From the NCBI GenBank assembly GCA_963719425.1, contig OY970382.1:7888-71887 (forward strand): a stretch of 64,000 bases of DNA, in the 5' to 3' direction. Of this stretch, positions 29,518 to 46,668 are shown one piece after another. The notes beneath the pieces were generated by a model. That model was not told where the DNA came from and ran no database searches. It was given only the letters and a program-made list of their open reading frames with translations. Position 1 is the first letter of the stretch, and each line of letters starts with the position of its first letter. The position numbers and the translations under genes were made by a program. The DNA comes from an uncultured bacterium. GTDB lineage: Bacteria; Patescibacteriota; Minisyncoccia; UBA6257; 2-01-FULL-56-20.

Positions 29518-30291
29518 ATGGCCTCGCGGCGGACGAAGCAGGCGATTTACGGCATCGCATATCTCGTTGTTTTCATCGGCATCATCGCCGGCGTTTATTT
29601 TGCGTTTATACGGCAGGCACCTTCCTGCTTCGACGGCATTCAAAATGAAGGAGAGACCGGCGTTGATTGTGGCGGCCCGTGCGCGAAGGTATGCACTCCT
29701 GCGAGCACCGAAGGCCTTGTTGCAGACAATGTTTCCATATTCATCCCGGGCCCAGAGCGCTATACATTTCTTGCGCAGATAGAAAATCACAACACTGGCT
29801 TCGCGGCGGACTACTTTGACTACTCATTTGATCTTTACGATGCGTCGGGAACCCTTCTTCAATCGTTTCCGGACCATTCCTTCATCTATGCGGGCGAGGT
29901 GAAATATCTGCTGCTCGCCAATGTTGCGGAGACGACGACCGCGGACCACGCAGTACTTACGACGGCGAATCCGGACTGGGTGACCGCCTCGGCGATGGGT
30001 CTTGCGCCGCGGTTCGGGAATCCACTGCCGGTCACGGGGAGCATAATATCCTCAAGCACCATTACGGTCACGGGACGCATAACGAACGGAGAAGTGGCGT
30101 CGTTTACGCACGTGCTCGTCATCGCCGTTTTTTACGACGCCGCGGGGAAACCGGCGGGGGCTTCGCAGACCGTGATTGATACTATTGCTCCAAACCAGAC
30201 GGTCGATTTCTCCGTCATGTATCCCGCGGCGCCCGCCGCCACGATTGATCCATCCCTCACAAAAATGTTTGCCTACGCGCTTCGGTCATAG
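29518..30291 (+). CDS. Hypothetical membrane-anchored exported protein with the Cys motif CFDGIQNEGETGVDCGGPC
   Basis: N-terminal TM anchor (AIYGIAYLVVFIGIIAGVYFAFI); Cys-rich module; beta-rich remainder. Confidence 0.5.
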   Translation: MASRRTKQAIYGIAYLVVFIGIIAGVYFAFIRQAPSCFDGIQNEGETGVDCGGPCAKVCTPASTEGLVADNVSIFIPGPERYTFLAQIENHNTGFAADYFDYSFDLYDASGTLLQSFPDHSFIYAGEVKYLLLANVAETTTADHAVLTTANPDWVTASAMGLAPRFGNPLPVTGSIISSSTITVTGRITNGEVASFTHVLVIAVFYDAAGKPAGASQTVIDTIAPNQTVDFSVMYPAAPAATIDPSLTKMFAYALRS

Positions 30292-30311
30292 TCCGCGGCA
30301 CCCTTCTTGGT

Positions 30312-31358
30312 ATGCTTGCACTTTTCATTCCTCTCGGCATTTTGATCGTGGCGGGCCTCACGCTTCTTTCCGCCGTTTCGCCCCACCTTTTTTATACTCA
30401 AATCGCGTGGGTCGCGGTAGGCGCAGGACTTGTTGCGCTTTTTCTGTACGTGGATTGGCGGGCCGTGTTCAATGCGCGATGGGTCATGTGGGCGATTTAT
30501 CTCTTCGCGCTTCTCCTCATCATCATTGCGTACGGATACGGCCCTTCCATCAGAAACACAAAGAGTTGGATCGTCATAGGGCCGTTCAGCTTCCAACCGG
30601 TGGAGTTGATGAAGGTGGCGCTTATTTTCCTCTATGCACGGTACTTCAGCAGGAGGCACCTTGCGGTCGCGCGGTGGAGGTATATTATCACCTCTTTTGT
30701 GTTCTTTCTGATCCCCGCGGCCGTAGCGGTATACCTGCCGGACGTGGGTTCGGCGGTCATCTTTTTTGCAATCTGGTTCGGATTTCTCCTTCTCTCCGGC
30801 CTTCCGCTCCGGCGCCTCGCGGTCGCGGTGCTCGTGTTTGCGCTCGCCGCCGTCGCGGTGTGGTTCTACGTTCTCAAAGATTACCATCGAGCGCGGATCG
30901 TCGGATTCTTCTATCCCGCGCAGGACCTCTTGGGGATCAATTACAGTTCCACGCAAGCGAAGATTGCCATTGGTTCGTCGGGACTTTTCGGCAAGGGCTA
31001 CGGGCAGGGGACGCAGACAGAGCTTGGGTTCCTGCCGGAGCCCTCGCAGGATTTCATCTTTGCGGGAATTGTGGAGGAATGGGGGGTTGCGGGAGGGCTC
31101 GTCGTCATCGGTGCCATGTTCTTTTTGGTGTTCCAGATTTTGAAGGTCGGCTCGCTCGCGGACGAGAACTTTGAGAAATTCATTTGCCTTGGCACCGCGA
31201 TGGTGCTCGGGGTGCAGTTTCTCCTGAATGCGGGGTCGGCGACGGGGCTTACGCCGGTTGTGGGCGTCACGTTTCCTTTCGTAAGCTACGGCGGTTCCAG
31301 CATGCTCGCAAATTTTTTCCTTTTGGCGGTGGTGAATTCCATCCGCAAGCGGTCATAA
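30312..31358 (+). CDS. ftsW: SEDS-family peptidoglycan glycosyltransferase (FtsW/RodA)
   Basis: About 10 TM segments; conserved GSSGLFGKGYGQGTQ and SYGGSS motifs. Confidence 0.8.
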   Translation: MLALFIPLGILIVAGLTLLSAVSPHLFYTQIAWVAVGAGLVALFLYVDWRAVFNARWVMWAIYLFALLLIIIAYGYGPSIRNTKSWIVIGPFSFQPVELMKVALIFLYARYFSRRHLAVARWRYIITSFVFFLIPAAVAVYLPDVGSAVIFFAIWFGFLLLSGLPLRRLAVAVLVFALAAVAVWFYVLKDYHRARIVGFFYPAQDLLGINYSSTQAKIAIGSSGLFGKGYGQGTQTELGFLPEPSQDFIFAGIVEEWGVAGGLVVIGAMFFLVFQILKVGSLADENFEKFICLGTAMVLGVQFLLNAGSATGLTPVVGVTFPFVSYGGSSMLANFFLLAVVNSIRKRS

Positions 31359-31361
31359 ACA

Positions 31362-32330
31362 ATGCCGCCGTTTCTCACCAAAAAATTTCTTGTTGGTTCA
31401 CTTGCGCTTTTCTTCCTTGTCGCCGCGCTGGGATTCTTTTTGTACGAACTGCGGCCGGCGAGCACTGCTCACGATACAGTCGTTTTTGAAATAGAGCCCG
31501 GAGAAGGATTTCGCGTGATCATCGGGCGTCTTCACGAGGCAGGCGTCGTGCGGTCGGCGTTTGCGACTGAAGCATTCTCTCTCCTCAATGGTTCGGCGCT
31601 TTCCATGCAGCCGGGCTCGTATAAACTGGACGCGGAGATGTCGGCGCCGGAAATTCTTAATGAGATCGCGACTGGGTCGGGAAGGGAAACAACCGTTACC
31701 ATTCCCGAAGGATCAAATCTTTATCAAATTGATGCGCTCCTTAGCAACGCGCTTGTGATCCATCGTGGCGATCTCATTGCGTTCGCACGCGGGAAGGATT
31801 TGGAAGGAACATTGTTCCCCGACACCTACCGCTTTTATACCAATGGCGAGGTGAGCGATGTGGTGCAGAAAATGACTGATGATTTTAATGTGAAAGCCGC
31901 GCCGCTCCTCCAAGGGGGCAAAGCGAATGCAACGAGCGATCTTATTGTAGCGTCAATCGTAGAAAAAGAAGTGGCGGAACCCAATGATCAAAAGATTGTA
32001 GCGGGAATTCTTTGGAAGCGCCTTGAGGCCCACATGCCGCTCCAGGCCGACGCGGCGGTTTGCTATGCGATGCAGGTCGCAGAACCGCTTACTGCTCCGG
32101 ACTGCACTACCCTTGACTTGAAAATTGATTCCCCCTATAATACCTACTTATACAAGGGACTCCCCCCGAGCCCTATTGGAAATCCTGGCATTTCGGCGAT
32201 CCAAGCAGCTCTCACGCCCACAAGCTCTCCTTATTGGTTTTATATAAGCGATCCCAAGACAGGGAAAACCATCTTTGCGAGAACCATTGACGAACAACAC
32301 CAAAATACAGTTAAATACTTAGTACAGTGA
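31362..32330 (+). CDS. mltG: Endolytic murein transglycosylase (YceG/MltG family)
   Basis: N-terminal TM; C-terminal YNTY..GLPPSPIGNPG signature. Confidence 0.75.
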   Translation: MPPFLTKKFLVGSLALFFLVAALGFFLYELRPASTAHDTVVFEIEPGEGFRVIIGRLHEAGVVRSAFATEAFSLLNGSALSMQPGSYKLDAEMSAPEILNEIATGSGRETTVTIPEGSNLYQIDALLSNALVIHRGDLIAFARGKDLEGTLFPDTYRFYTNGEVSDVVQKMTDDFNVKAAPLLQGGKANATSDLIVASIVEKEVAEPNDQKIVAGILWKRLEAHMPLQADAAVCYAMQVAEPLTAPDCTTLDLKIDSPYNTYLYKGLPPSPIGNPGISAIQAALTPTSSPYWFYISDPKTGKTIFARTIDEQHQNTVKYLVQ

Positions 32331-32368
32331 TCCAACGGTACCTCTTGAAATAAAGAGTAGCGCCGTTT

Positions 32369-39109
<6,741 letters not shown>

Positions 39110-39148
39110 CTGGACAGGCCGCAGCGCTTCCCTTATACTGACCACACT

Positions 39149-39589
39149 ATGAACGACGTAGAAACGGAAAAGGATACAAAGACCTACGAACTTACGCTTC
39201 TCCTCAAAAGCGAGGACGACGCGGCGCGCATGATGGAGCTTGTCCGTCAACATAGCGGCGAGGTAGTCGCGGAGCCACGCGCAAAAAAAATCGCGCTTGC
39301 ATACAAGATTAAAGGAAACACAGAGGCCGTCTTTGTTTCCTGCGTATTTGCGGCGCGGGGAGAAGATGCAAAAAATCTTGAACGCGACCTCCGCACGCAG
39401 CCGGATGTGATTCGTTCAATGATTATCGTGGCATCTCCCGTCGCCGTACAACGGGAACCCACGGCTATGCCGTCGTTCCCGTTCCACGCGCCGAAACGCG
39501 GGAGGATATCTCCCGAATCCAGACCTTCGGCACCCCGTCCGCTTTCTAACGAAGCGCTGGAGAAGAAGATAGAAGAAATCTTGGGGTGA
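39149..39589 (+). CDS. rpsF: 30S ribosomal protein S6
   Basis: S6-like core (YELTLLL...DVIRSMII) with a C-terminal extension; followed by ssb. Confidence 0.7.
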   Translation: MNDVETEKDTKTYELTLLLKSEDDAARMMELVRQHSGEVVAEPRAKKIALAYKIKGNTEAVFVSCVFAARGEDAKNLERDLRTQPDVIRSMIIVASPVAVQREPTAMPSFPFHAPKRGRISPESRPSAPRPLSNEALEKKIEEILG

Positions 39590-39689
39590 CCCAGGGATGC
39601 ACTGCTCGTGTTTGGGCTCCTGCGAAGACGAAGTCGCCCAAGCCGCTGTCAAGTTTTCTTTAAGATGTTTTTAATGACTGATGTGCTAG

Positions 39690-40199
<510 letters not shown>

Positions 40200-40273
40200 G
40201 TGTGCTGCGGCACTTTGCCGTCATGGGTAAGACAAATGCCGTCAAAGTGCCGCAGCACACCTGGGCGTTTTTT
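40200..40273 (+). terminator. Strong intrinsic terminator after ssb
   Basis: ~19-bp stem GGTGTGCTGCGGCACTTTG / CAAAGTGCCGCAGCACACC followed by CTGGGCGTTTTTTTATT. Confidence 0.7.
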
Positions 40274-40323
40274 TATTACCCCATCTTGATTTTTGTTCGA
40301 CGTTTTGGTAGCCTTACCCTCAC

Positions 40324-40749
40324 ATGGCAAAGAAAGTAAAAACAACTTTGAAGTTGCAGCTTCCGGCGGGGGCGGCAAACCCAGCGCCTCCAGTGGGCAC
40401 GGTTCTGGGCCCGCAGGGCATCAACTTGCAGGAGTTCTGCAAGCAGTTCAACGACGCCACAAAGGATATGAAGGGGGATGTGGTACCGGCGCTTATTACT
40501 ATTTACGAAGATCGAAGTTTCAAATTTATTTTAAAGACCCCACCCGCCGCGGCGCTCTTGAAAAAAGCTGCTGGCATTGAAAAGGGCTCCGGGAATCCGC
40601 TCACAACGAAGGTGGGAAAGGTAACAAAGGCAGATGTGCGGCATATCGCGGAAAAGAAGCTGCCTGACTTAAACACCGACAATCTGGACGCGGCGGAAAA
40701 AATCATCCGCGGCACCGCGCGGAACATGGGGATAGAGGTGATGGATTAA
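40324..40749 (+). CDS. rplK: 50S ribosomal protein L11
   Basis: [34 protein letters not shown]...; 141 aa. Confidence 0.9.
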   Translation: MAKKVKTTLKLQLPAGAANPAPPVGTVLGPQGINLQEFCKQFNDATKDMKGDVVPALITIYEDRSFKFILKTPPAAALLKKAAGIEKGSGNPLTTKVGKVTKADVRHIAEKKLPDLNTDNLDAAEKIIRGTARNMGIEVMD

Positions 40750-40791
40750 AGGCGGGTCAAGCCACCTTTCGAACTTTTTTCTCCAGCGCGC

Positions 40792-41088
40792 TCACGCGGA
40801 CCTGAAGGTCCAGCACATCGGCACGGGTACAATTTCTTTGATCTCCTCGCGTATCTCGCGAAGCTCAATGAAGAGCGCATCAAAGCGTTGGAAAACCCCA
40901 CGCATGTCCTTTTCAAGATTTTCCACGCGTTCCGTGAGGGCGTGGAGATCTTCTTTAAGCGAACCAAGTTCGTCTTTAGTGGCCATCCGCTTTTCTATAT
41001 CCACAAATCCCTTGTTCACTAAACAGGCAAGGTGATCCATGCCTTCCAGGAACATACTTTTTGTAACCATTTCGTTGCCGTTTTCCAT
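40792..41088 (-). CDS. Hypothetical small coiled-coil protein
   Basis: ORF MENGNEMVTKSMF...; no recognisable family. Confidence 0.35.
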   Translation of the reverse strand: MENGNEMVTKSMFLEGMDHLACLVNKGFVDIEKRMATKDELGSLKEDLHALTERVENLEKDMRGVFQRFDALFIELREIREEIKEIVPVPMCWTFRSA

Positions 41089-41188
41089 GCTTCCAGTTTG
41101 AGGCAAGCTACCGAAATGTCAAAGGTTCTTTAATAAAATTTTAATAAGCCGGTCCTCCGCAAAAAGGTATATAATGAGATAAATCGCC

Positions 41189-41878
41189 ATGGCGGCCAGG
41201 GGCAAGTTCATCGTGATAGAGGGAACGGACGGTTCGGGGAAGACCGTGCAGTTTGAGCGGCTGGTGCTCGCATTACCCGAAGGCACAAAAATGGGGACGC
41301 TGGACTTCCCGCAGTACGGCGAACCGTCTTCGTATTTCGTGGAGAAATATCTCACCGGGAAATATGGCGGCGACCTCGGGCCGCATGCGGCATCTATCCT
41401 TTTCGCCGTGGATCGCTTTGACGTCAAATTGAAAATCCTTCAGTGGTTGGGCGAGGAAAGGGTCGTTCTCGCGAACCGCTACGTCGCGTCCAGCATGGCG
41501 TATCAAGGGGCGAAGATCCCTCACGAAGACGAGCGCGAAGAATTTTATCGCTGGCTCCACGCGCTTGAATACGAAACTTTCGGCATACCGAAGCCGGATG
41601 TGAACATTGTGCTTCATGTGCCCGCGGAAATTTCTTACCAACATGCCGGGAAGAGCCACGCGCGGGGCCACTTAGGAAGTGGGAGCCAAACTGAAGCGCG
41701 TGACCTCCACGAGGCGGACTTTGCGTACCAGAAGCGCGCGGAGGAGGTATACCTGGAAATCGCCGCGCTTTTTCCGAGAGAATTTGAAGTGATTGAATGC
41801 GCGCCGAGAGGCGTCCTTCTTTCGCCGGACGAGATCCACGGCCTTGTGTGGCAAGTTGTCCAAAAAGTTTTAGGCTGA
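41189..41878 (+). CDS. tmk: Thymidylate kinase
   Basis: P-loop FIVIEGTDGSGKTVQ; DRF/DRY-type motif; TATATAAT lies 9 nt upstream of the ATG. Confidence 0.85.
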   Translation: MAARGKFIVIEGTDGSGKTVQFERLVLALPEGTKMGTLDFPQYGEPSSYFVEKYLTGKYGGDLGPHAASILFAVDRFDVKLKILQWLGEERVVLANRYVASSMAYQGAKIPHEDEREEFYRWLHALEYETFGIPKPDVNIVLHVPAEISYQHAGKSHARGHLGSGSQTEARDLHEADFAYQKRAEEVYLEIAALFPREFEVIECAPRGVLLSPDEIHGLVWQVVQKVLG

Positions 41879-41934
41879 CACGCATTAGCCGCGCAAACTT
41901 TACTTCGCTCTGCAAATCGTGGATAATCAAGCCA

Positions 41935-43356
41935 ATGGCAGGGCATCAACCGACCATCGGCTTGGAGATTCACGCGGAACTGAAAACGCGGACGAAGATG
42001 TTCTGTGATTCGTGCAATGTCTCGGAGGAAACGCGTCCCAACGTGAATGTTTGCCCGGTGTGTCTCGGGCATCCGGGAACGTTGCCCGTGCCGAACAAAC
42101 AGGCAATCACGTATGCGATGAAGACCGGGCTCGCGCTCGGCGGACACGCGAACGCGGTCACCAAGTTTGACCGCAAAAATTATTTCTATCCCGACCTCCC
42201 GAAGGGCTATCAGATTTCGCAGTACGACAAGCCGCTCATCCACGGCGGCGAATTAATGGGCGTTCGTATCCGGCGGGTCCACTTGGAAGAAGACACGGGA
42301 ACGCTCGTGCACGCGGACGATGCTTCGCTCGTGGATTACAATCGTTCCGGTGTGCCTCTGATGGAACTTGTGACAGAACCGGACTTGCATAGTGCGGATG
42401 ATACGGCTGCTTTCGCGCGCGAGCTTCAGCTCATATTGCGTTACCTCGGCGTTTCGGACGCCAACATGGAAAAAGGGGAGATGCGCATTGAGGCGAACGT
42501 GAGCCTGGACATGGGTACCAAGACGGAGCTCAAGAACATCAATTCGTTCAAGGCGGTGCACGATGCGGTGGGGTACGAACTCAAGCGGCAGGAAGAGGCT
42601 TTGGAGCGCGGCGAAAAGTTGGTGCAAGAAACGCGCGGCTGGGACGCAGCGAAGCAAAAAACCGTTTCACAGCGGTCAAAAGAAGAGGCGCATGATTACC
42701 GCTATTTCCCCGAGCCGGACATTCCGCCGTTTGAGGCCGCCGCATTCGAGCCCGAAAAGCTGCGCGAGACGTTGCCGGAACTTCCCGCGCAAAAGAGAGA
42801 ACGGTTTGCGCGGGAATACGGCCTCGCCGCGCCCCAGGTGGAAATTTTGGTCTCCGACCTTCTTGTCGCGGATTATTTTGAAGAAGCGGCGTCGGAGCTC
42901 CGCGAGCAATTGCCGGGCGAGCGTTTGCCCGCGAGCGCCGCTGCGACGCTTTATAACTATCTTACGAGCGACCTGCGCGGCCTGATGAACGAGGATGGTG
43001 TGACGTTCTCAGGGTTGAAAGTGAAGCCGGAACATCTCGCGCATCTTACGGCGCTCATTGAAGAAAAGAAAATAACGAGTCGCCAAGCGAAGGATATGCT
43101 TGCGAGGATGTTTGCGACCGGCGACGATCCGGAGGAGATTGTGAAGAGCGAAAGCATCAATGTTTTTGATGACGAAAAGGAAATCGGCGAAGTGGTTCGG
43201 GTTGTGATTGTAGAAAATCCTGCCGCCGCCGCTGATTACAAAAAAGGCAAGACCGCGAGCCTGCAATTCTTGATCGGCAAGGCAATGGGAAAATTGAAGG
43301 GCCGCGCGCAACCCGCGACGCTCAAAGAACTTTTTGAACGACACTTGGTGAAATAG
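41935..43356 (+). CDS. gatB: Aspartyl/glutamyl-tRNA amidotransferase subunit B
   Basis: N-terminus MAGHQPTIGLEIHAEL; Cys cluster CDSC..CPVCLGHPG; C-terminal YqeY-like domain. Confidence 0.85.
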   Translation: MAGHQPTIGLEIHAELKTRTKMFCDSCNVSEETRPNVNVCPVCLGHPGTLPVPNKQAITYAMKTGLALGGHANAVTKFDRKNYFYPDLPKGYQISQYDKPLIHGGELMGVRIRRVHLEEDTGTLVHADDASLVDYNRSGVPLMELVTEPDLHSADDTAAFARELQLILRYLGVSDANMEKGEMRIEANVSLDMGTKTELKNINSFKAVHDAVGYELKRQEEALERGEKLVQETRGWDAAKQKTVSQRSKEEAHDYRYFPEPDIPPFEAAAFEPEKLRETLPELPAQKRERFAREYGLAAPQVEILVSDLLVADYFEEAASELREQLPGERLPASAAATLYNYLTSDLRGLMNEDGVTFSGLKVKPEHLAHLTALIEEKKITSRQAKDMLARMFATGDDPEEIVKSESINVFDDEKEIGEVVRVVIVENPAAAADYKKGKTASLQFLIGKAMGKLKGRAQPATLKELFERHLVK

Positions 43357-43454
43357 GCAATGTTTGTGTGGGGTTTACAAAAAATCTCAAAAGGGGATAA
43401 TGGGATTAGGGTAGCCAGAGTTGCCTTATCCACTGTGGAAGGGAGAAGGCTAGT

Positions 43455-43694
43455 ATGGAGGAATGTTCAGAAAACTGTTCAAACTGTTCCTCAAGGGGAC
43501 CCAAAGCCTGCTATAATTGCGCGACGCAGCTGCTCGCGCGAGAAGGCTGCGGGCGAGATGGTCGGGCGGCGACATCGTCGCCGCAGGACCGTACAGAAGC
43601 GGAGGGGCAAAAGAGGTTCAACGCCACACTCCTGAGCTTCTCCAGCTTACCGCCTGAAACACGTGTATTCTCTTTCTTCGATAGCGTAAGCTAG
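43455..43694 (+). CDS. Small cysteine-rich protein (79 aa; MEECSENCSNCSSRGPKACYNCATQ...)
   Basis: Good RBS GGGAGAAGG upstream; six Cys in the first 32 residues (C-x3-C-x2-C ... C-x2-C). Confidence 0.4.
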   Translation: MEECSENCSNCSSRGPKACYNCATQLLAREGCGRDGRAATSSPQDRTEAEGQKRFNATLLSFSSLPPETRVFSFFDSVS

Positions 43695-43750
43695 TCAAAG
43701 GGAAGAGCCAGCGAGGGGGCGGGGATGTACGAGTACGTGTCCCCGCCTTT

Positions 43751-44635
43751 TCAATACCGCGGAAAATTTCTTGTCCAGTGGGTCTCGCGATCTTTCCTGA
43801 ACCACGTCATCTGGCGCTTGGCATAGCGCCACGTGTTGGTTTTGATCCGCGCCACCGCATCTTCGAGCGAGATCGTTCCGTGAAGGCAATCAATGATCTC
43901 ACGATAACCAATGGCGTTGAGTGCCTCGCAATTCACGCCATATTTTTTCACTAGCCGTTTGACTTCCTTGAGGAGTCCGGTGCGCATCATTCGGTCCACG
44001 CGGGCGTTAATGCGTTTGCGGAGCTCGTCCGGCGGGGGGTTGAGGCCGATTTTGAGCGCGTCAAAAAGTGGCGGGCGCGCTTTGCGCTGGGCGGTGAATG
44101 GTTTCCCGGTCGCGAGCGCAACCTCAAGCGCCCGCACGACGCGCCGCGGATTTTTCATGTCTACAATATTCGCCGCTTCAGGATCGAGCGCCACGAGCTT
44201 TTTTGCAACCGCGGCGAGACCTTTTTTCTTAATTTCGCTTTCAATTGCGGCGCGGAGCTTTGGATTCGCGCTTACTTTCGGAATGTCAAGATTGTCCAGT
44301 ACTGCTTTTACATACAATCCCGTGCCACCGACAAGAATAGGCAGTTTTTTTCTCCGCAAAATGTTTTTGATTGCGGCAATGGCATCCGCCTTATATTCCG
44401 CAACCGTGTAGTGCTCGTCCGGATTTTTTATATCAATAAGATGGTGGGGGATGGCGCGCCGCTCCGAACTCGTCGGTTTTGCCGTACCGATGTTCATCCC
44501 GCGATAGATCTGCCGCGAGTCGGCGGAAACAATTTCGCCATTGAACTTTTTGGCGACGGCGACCGCGAGCGCAGTTTTGCCGCTTGCGGTAGGGCCGAGG
44601 ATGGCGATAACGGTTCCACGGGCCTTGCTCGACAT
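43751..44635 (-). CDS. miaA: tRNA dimethylallyltransferase
   Basis: P-loop ILGPTASGKT; DSRQIYRGMNIGTAKP motif. Confidence 0.85.
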   Translation of the reverse strand: MSSKARGTVIAILGPTASGKTALAVAVAKKFNGEIVSADSRQIYRGMNIGTAKPTSSERRAIPHHLIDIKNPDEHYTVAEYKADAIAAIKNILRRKKLPILVGGTGLYVKAVLDNLDIPKVSANPKLRAAIESEIKKKGLAAVAKKLVALDPEAANIVDMKNPRRVVRALEVALATGKPFTAQRKARPPLFDALKIGLNPPPDELRKRINARVDRMMRTGLLKEVKRLVKKYGVNCEALNAIGYREIIDCLHGTISLEDAVARIKTNTWRYAKRQMTWFRKDRETHWTRNFPRY

Positions 44636-44823
44636 TAACTTCGTATGTACGGTAAAATTGATTTTAGAAGAAAGGGCGGGCTTTCTGTGGAAAATTCTAA
44701 TTCAGTTTTTTTCGTAATTCTAACCAGCTCGTCCTTACCCTCATGTGTTTTCCGTGGGCGAAAGCCCAAGCCCGGGATGGATCAGACAGTTGAGCATGAC
44801 TGTCTGCCCCCGGGCCTTTCCTT

Positions 44824-46590
44824 TTATAGAACCTTTTTTTCTATTTCATTTCCGATTTTCCTTACGAAAAGTTCAAGTTTTTGTGCGCCCTCGTCTCCTT
44901 TTCTCGTCCGTACGGCCACCGTGCCGTTTTTTTGTTCTTTTTCGCCGACCACAAGGACATAGGGGATTTTCATGAGTTCCGCTTCGCGGATGCGCTTGCC
45001 GAGCGATTCGTTCGCTTCGGAAAGTTCGGCGCGAATCCCTGCGGTCACGAGCGCTTTGCAAACCTTCCTCGCATACTCGGAAAATTTTTCGCTGACCGGG
45101 AGCACCGTCGCCTGCACGGGCGCAAGCCACACAGGGAAGACGCCTGCAAAGTGTTCAATGAGCACGCCGAGGAACCGTTCAATAGAACCCATGATGGCGG
45201 CGTGGATCATCACGATTCGCTCATGCTCGCCCTTTTCGTTTACGCAGAAAAGATCAAAACGCTCCGGCATGTTCATGTCCAACTGGATGGTCGCCACCTG
45301 GTGTTCGCGGCCAAGGGCATCCTTTGCCATGAAGTCCAACTTAGGGCCGTAGAACGCCGCTTCGCCCACGCCGTCAAATGCATCCGCTTTTTTCTCCGCG
45401 GCGATCTCACGGAGCATGGTTTCCGCCTGCTTCCATCGTTTCGCGTCGCCCAGATATTTTTCGGGATGCGCCGGGTCGTGGAGTGAGAGCCGCACGCGAA
45501 GCGAAAAACCGAAGGCGCCATAGAATTCGTGCACGATATCCCAGATTTTCCCAAATTCCTCTTTGGCCTGCGACTCGCGGCAGAAGACATGCGCATCGTC
45601 CTGCGTGATCGCGAGGACGCGCGTGAGCCCCGCGAGTTCACCCGATTGCTCGTCGCGATATACTTTGGTCGTCGTGGCATATCGCTGCGGGAGCTCTCGG
45701 TAGCTCCATTGCCGGCGCGCGTAGATCTGCACGTGGTGCGGGCAGTTCATCGGCTTCATAACGAAGAGGCGCCCCTCGCGCGTCGTTATTTTGAAAAGAT
45801 CATCTTTGAATTTTTCCCAATGGCCGCTTGTTTCATAAAGCTCTTTTTTGGCGAGATGAGGAATGTCCACTTGCACGTAGCCGCGCTTTTCGCGGAGTTC
45901 CCAAACGAAATCGTCCAAAAGATTGCGGAGGAGCGTGCCGCGCGGCGTCCAAAGGGGGAGCCCCGGCCCCACAAGGTCCGAAAACGTAAAAAGATCCAGT
46001 TGCTGGCCAAGCTTTTTGTGATCACGCTTCTCGGCTTCCTCGCGGAGGTTCAAGAAGTCCTCCAGCTCTTTTTTACTCCCGAACGCGAGGCCGTAGATGC
46101 GCTGGAGCATTGGGTTTTTCTCGCTCCCGCGCCAATAGGCGCCCGCAATCTTATCCAGCTTGAACCCGTCCAGCGGAATTTCTTTCGTGTTCGGGACGTG
46201 ACCTCCGCGGCACAAATCCAAAAAAATCTCGCCCGTGCGATAGACGGAAACCTTCCCGCGGGCATCCGCATGGGCATCTGCGAGTTCTTTGATAAGCTCC
46301 AGTTTGAACGGTTGTTTTGCAAATAGCTTTTTTGCATCGGCGGCAGAAATCTCCTCGCCCGTGAACAGCAGGTTCTTTTTCGCGAATTCGCGCATCGTTT
46401 TCTCAAGCGTCTTCAAATCCTCCGGCGCGAGCGTGTGTGGGAGGAGGAAGTCGTAATAAAAGCCGTTCTCGATCGTGGGGCCGATGCCGAGTTTCGCGTC
46501 CGGAAATTCTTTCAAAACCGCCGCCGCGAGCAAGTGTGCAAGCGAGTGGCGGATGGCATCCAAGGATGGTGCGGTTTCAGATTTCGGCAT
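44824..46590 (-). CDS. thrS: Threonine--tRNA ligase (lacks the N-terminal TGS domain)
   Basis: Editing-domain motif RHSLAHLL...GIGPTIENGFYYDF; class II catalytic core; C-terminal anticodon-binding domain. Confidence 0.8.
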   Translation of the reverse strand: MPKSETAPSLDAIRHSLAHLLAAAVLKEFPDAKLGIGPTIENGFYYDFLLPHTLAPEDLKTLEKTMREFAKKNLLFTGEEISAADAKKLFAKQPFKLELIKELADAHADARGKVSVYRTGEIFLDLCRGGHVPNTKEIPLDGFKLDKIAGAYWRGSEKNPMLQRIYGLAFGSKKELEDFLNLREEAEKRDHKKLGQQLDLFTFSDLVGPGLPLWTPRGTLLRNLLDDFVWELREKRGYVQVDIPHLAKKELYETSGHWEKFKDDLFKITTREGRLFVMKPMNCPHHVQIYARRQWSYRELPQRYATTTKVYRDEQSGELAGLTRVLAITQDDAHVFCRESQAKEEFGKIWDIVHEFYGAFGFSLRVRLSLHDPAHPEKYLGDAKRWKQAETMLREIAAEKKADAFDGVGEAAFYGPKLDFMAKDALGREHQVATIQLDMNMPERFDLFCVNEKGEHERIVMIHAAIMGSIERFLGVLIEHFAGVFPVWLAPVQATVLPVSEKFSEYARKVCKALVTAGIRAELSEANESLGKRIREAELMKIPYVLVVGEKEQKNGTVAVRTRKGDEGAQKLELFVRKIGNEIEKKVL

Positions 46591-46668
46591 GTATAGCCAT
46601 TGTAAGCCAGAAACCCAGCATCTTCAAGCTTCACCTTTCGCATTCAATGGTATAGAATGAAAATCAAT

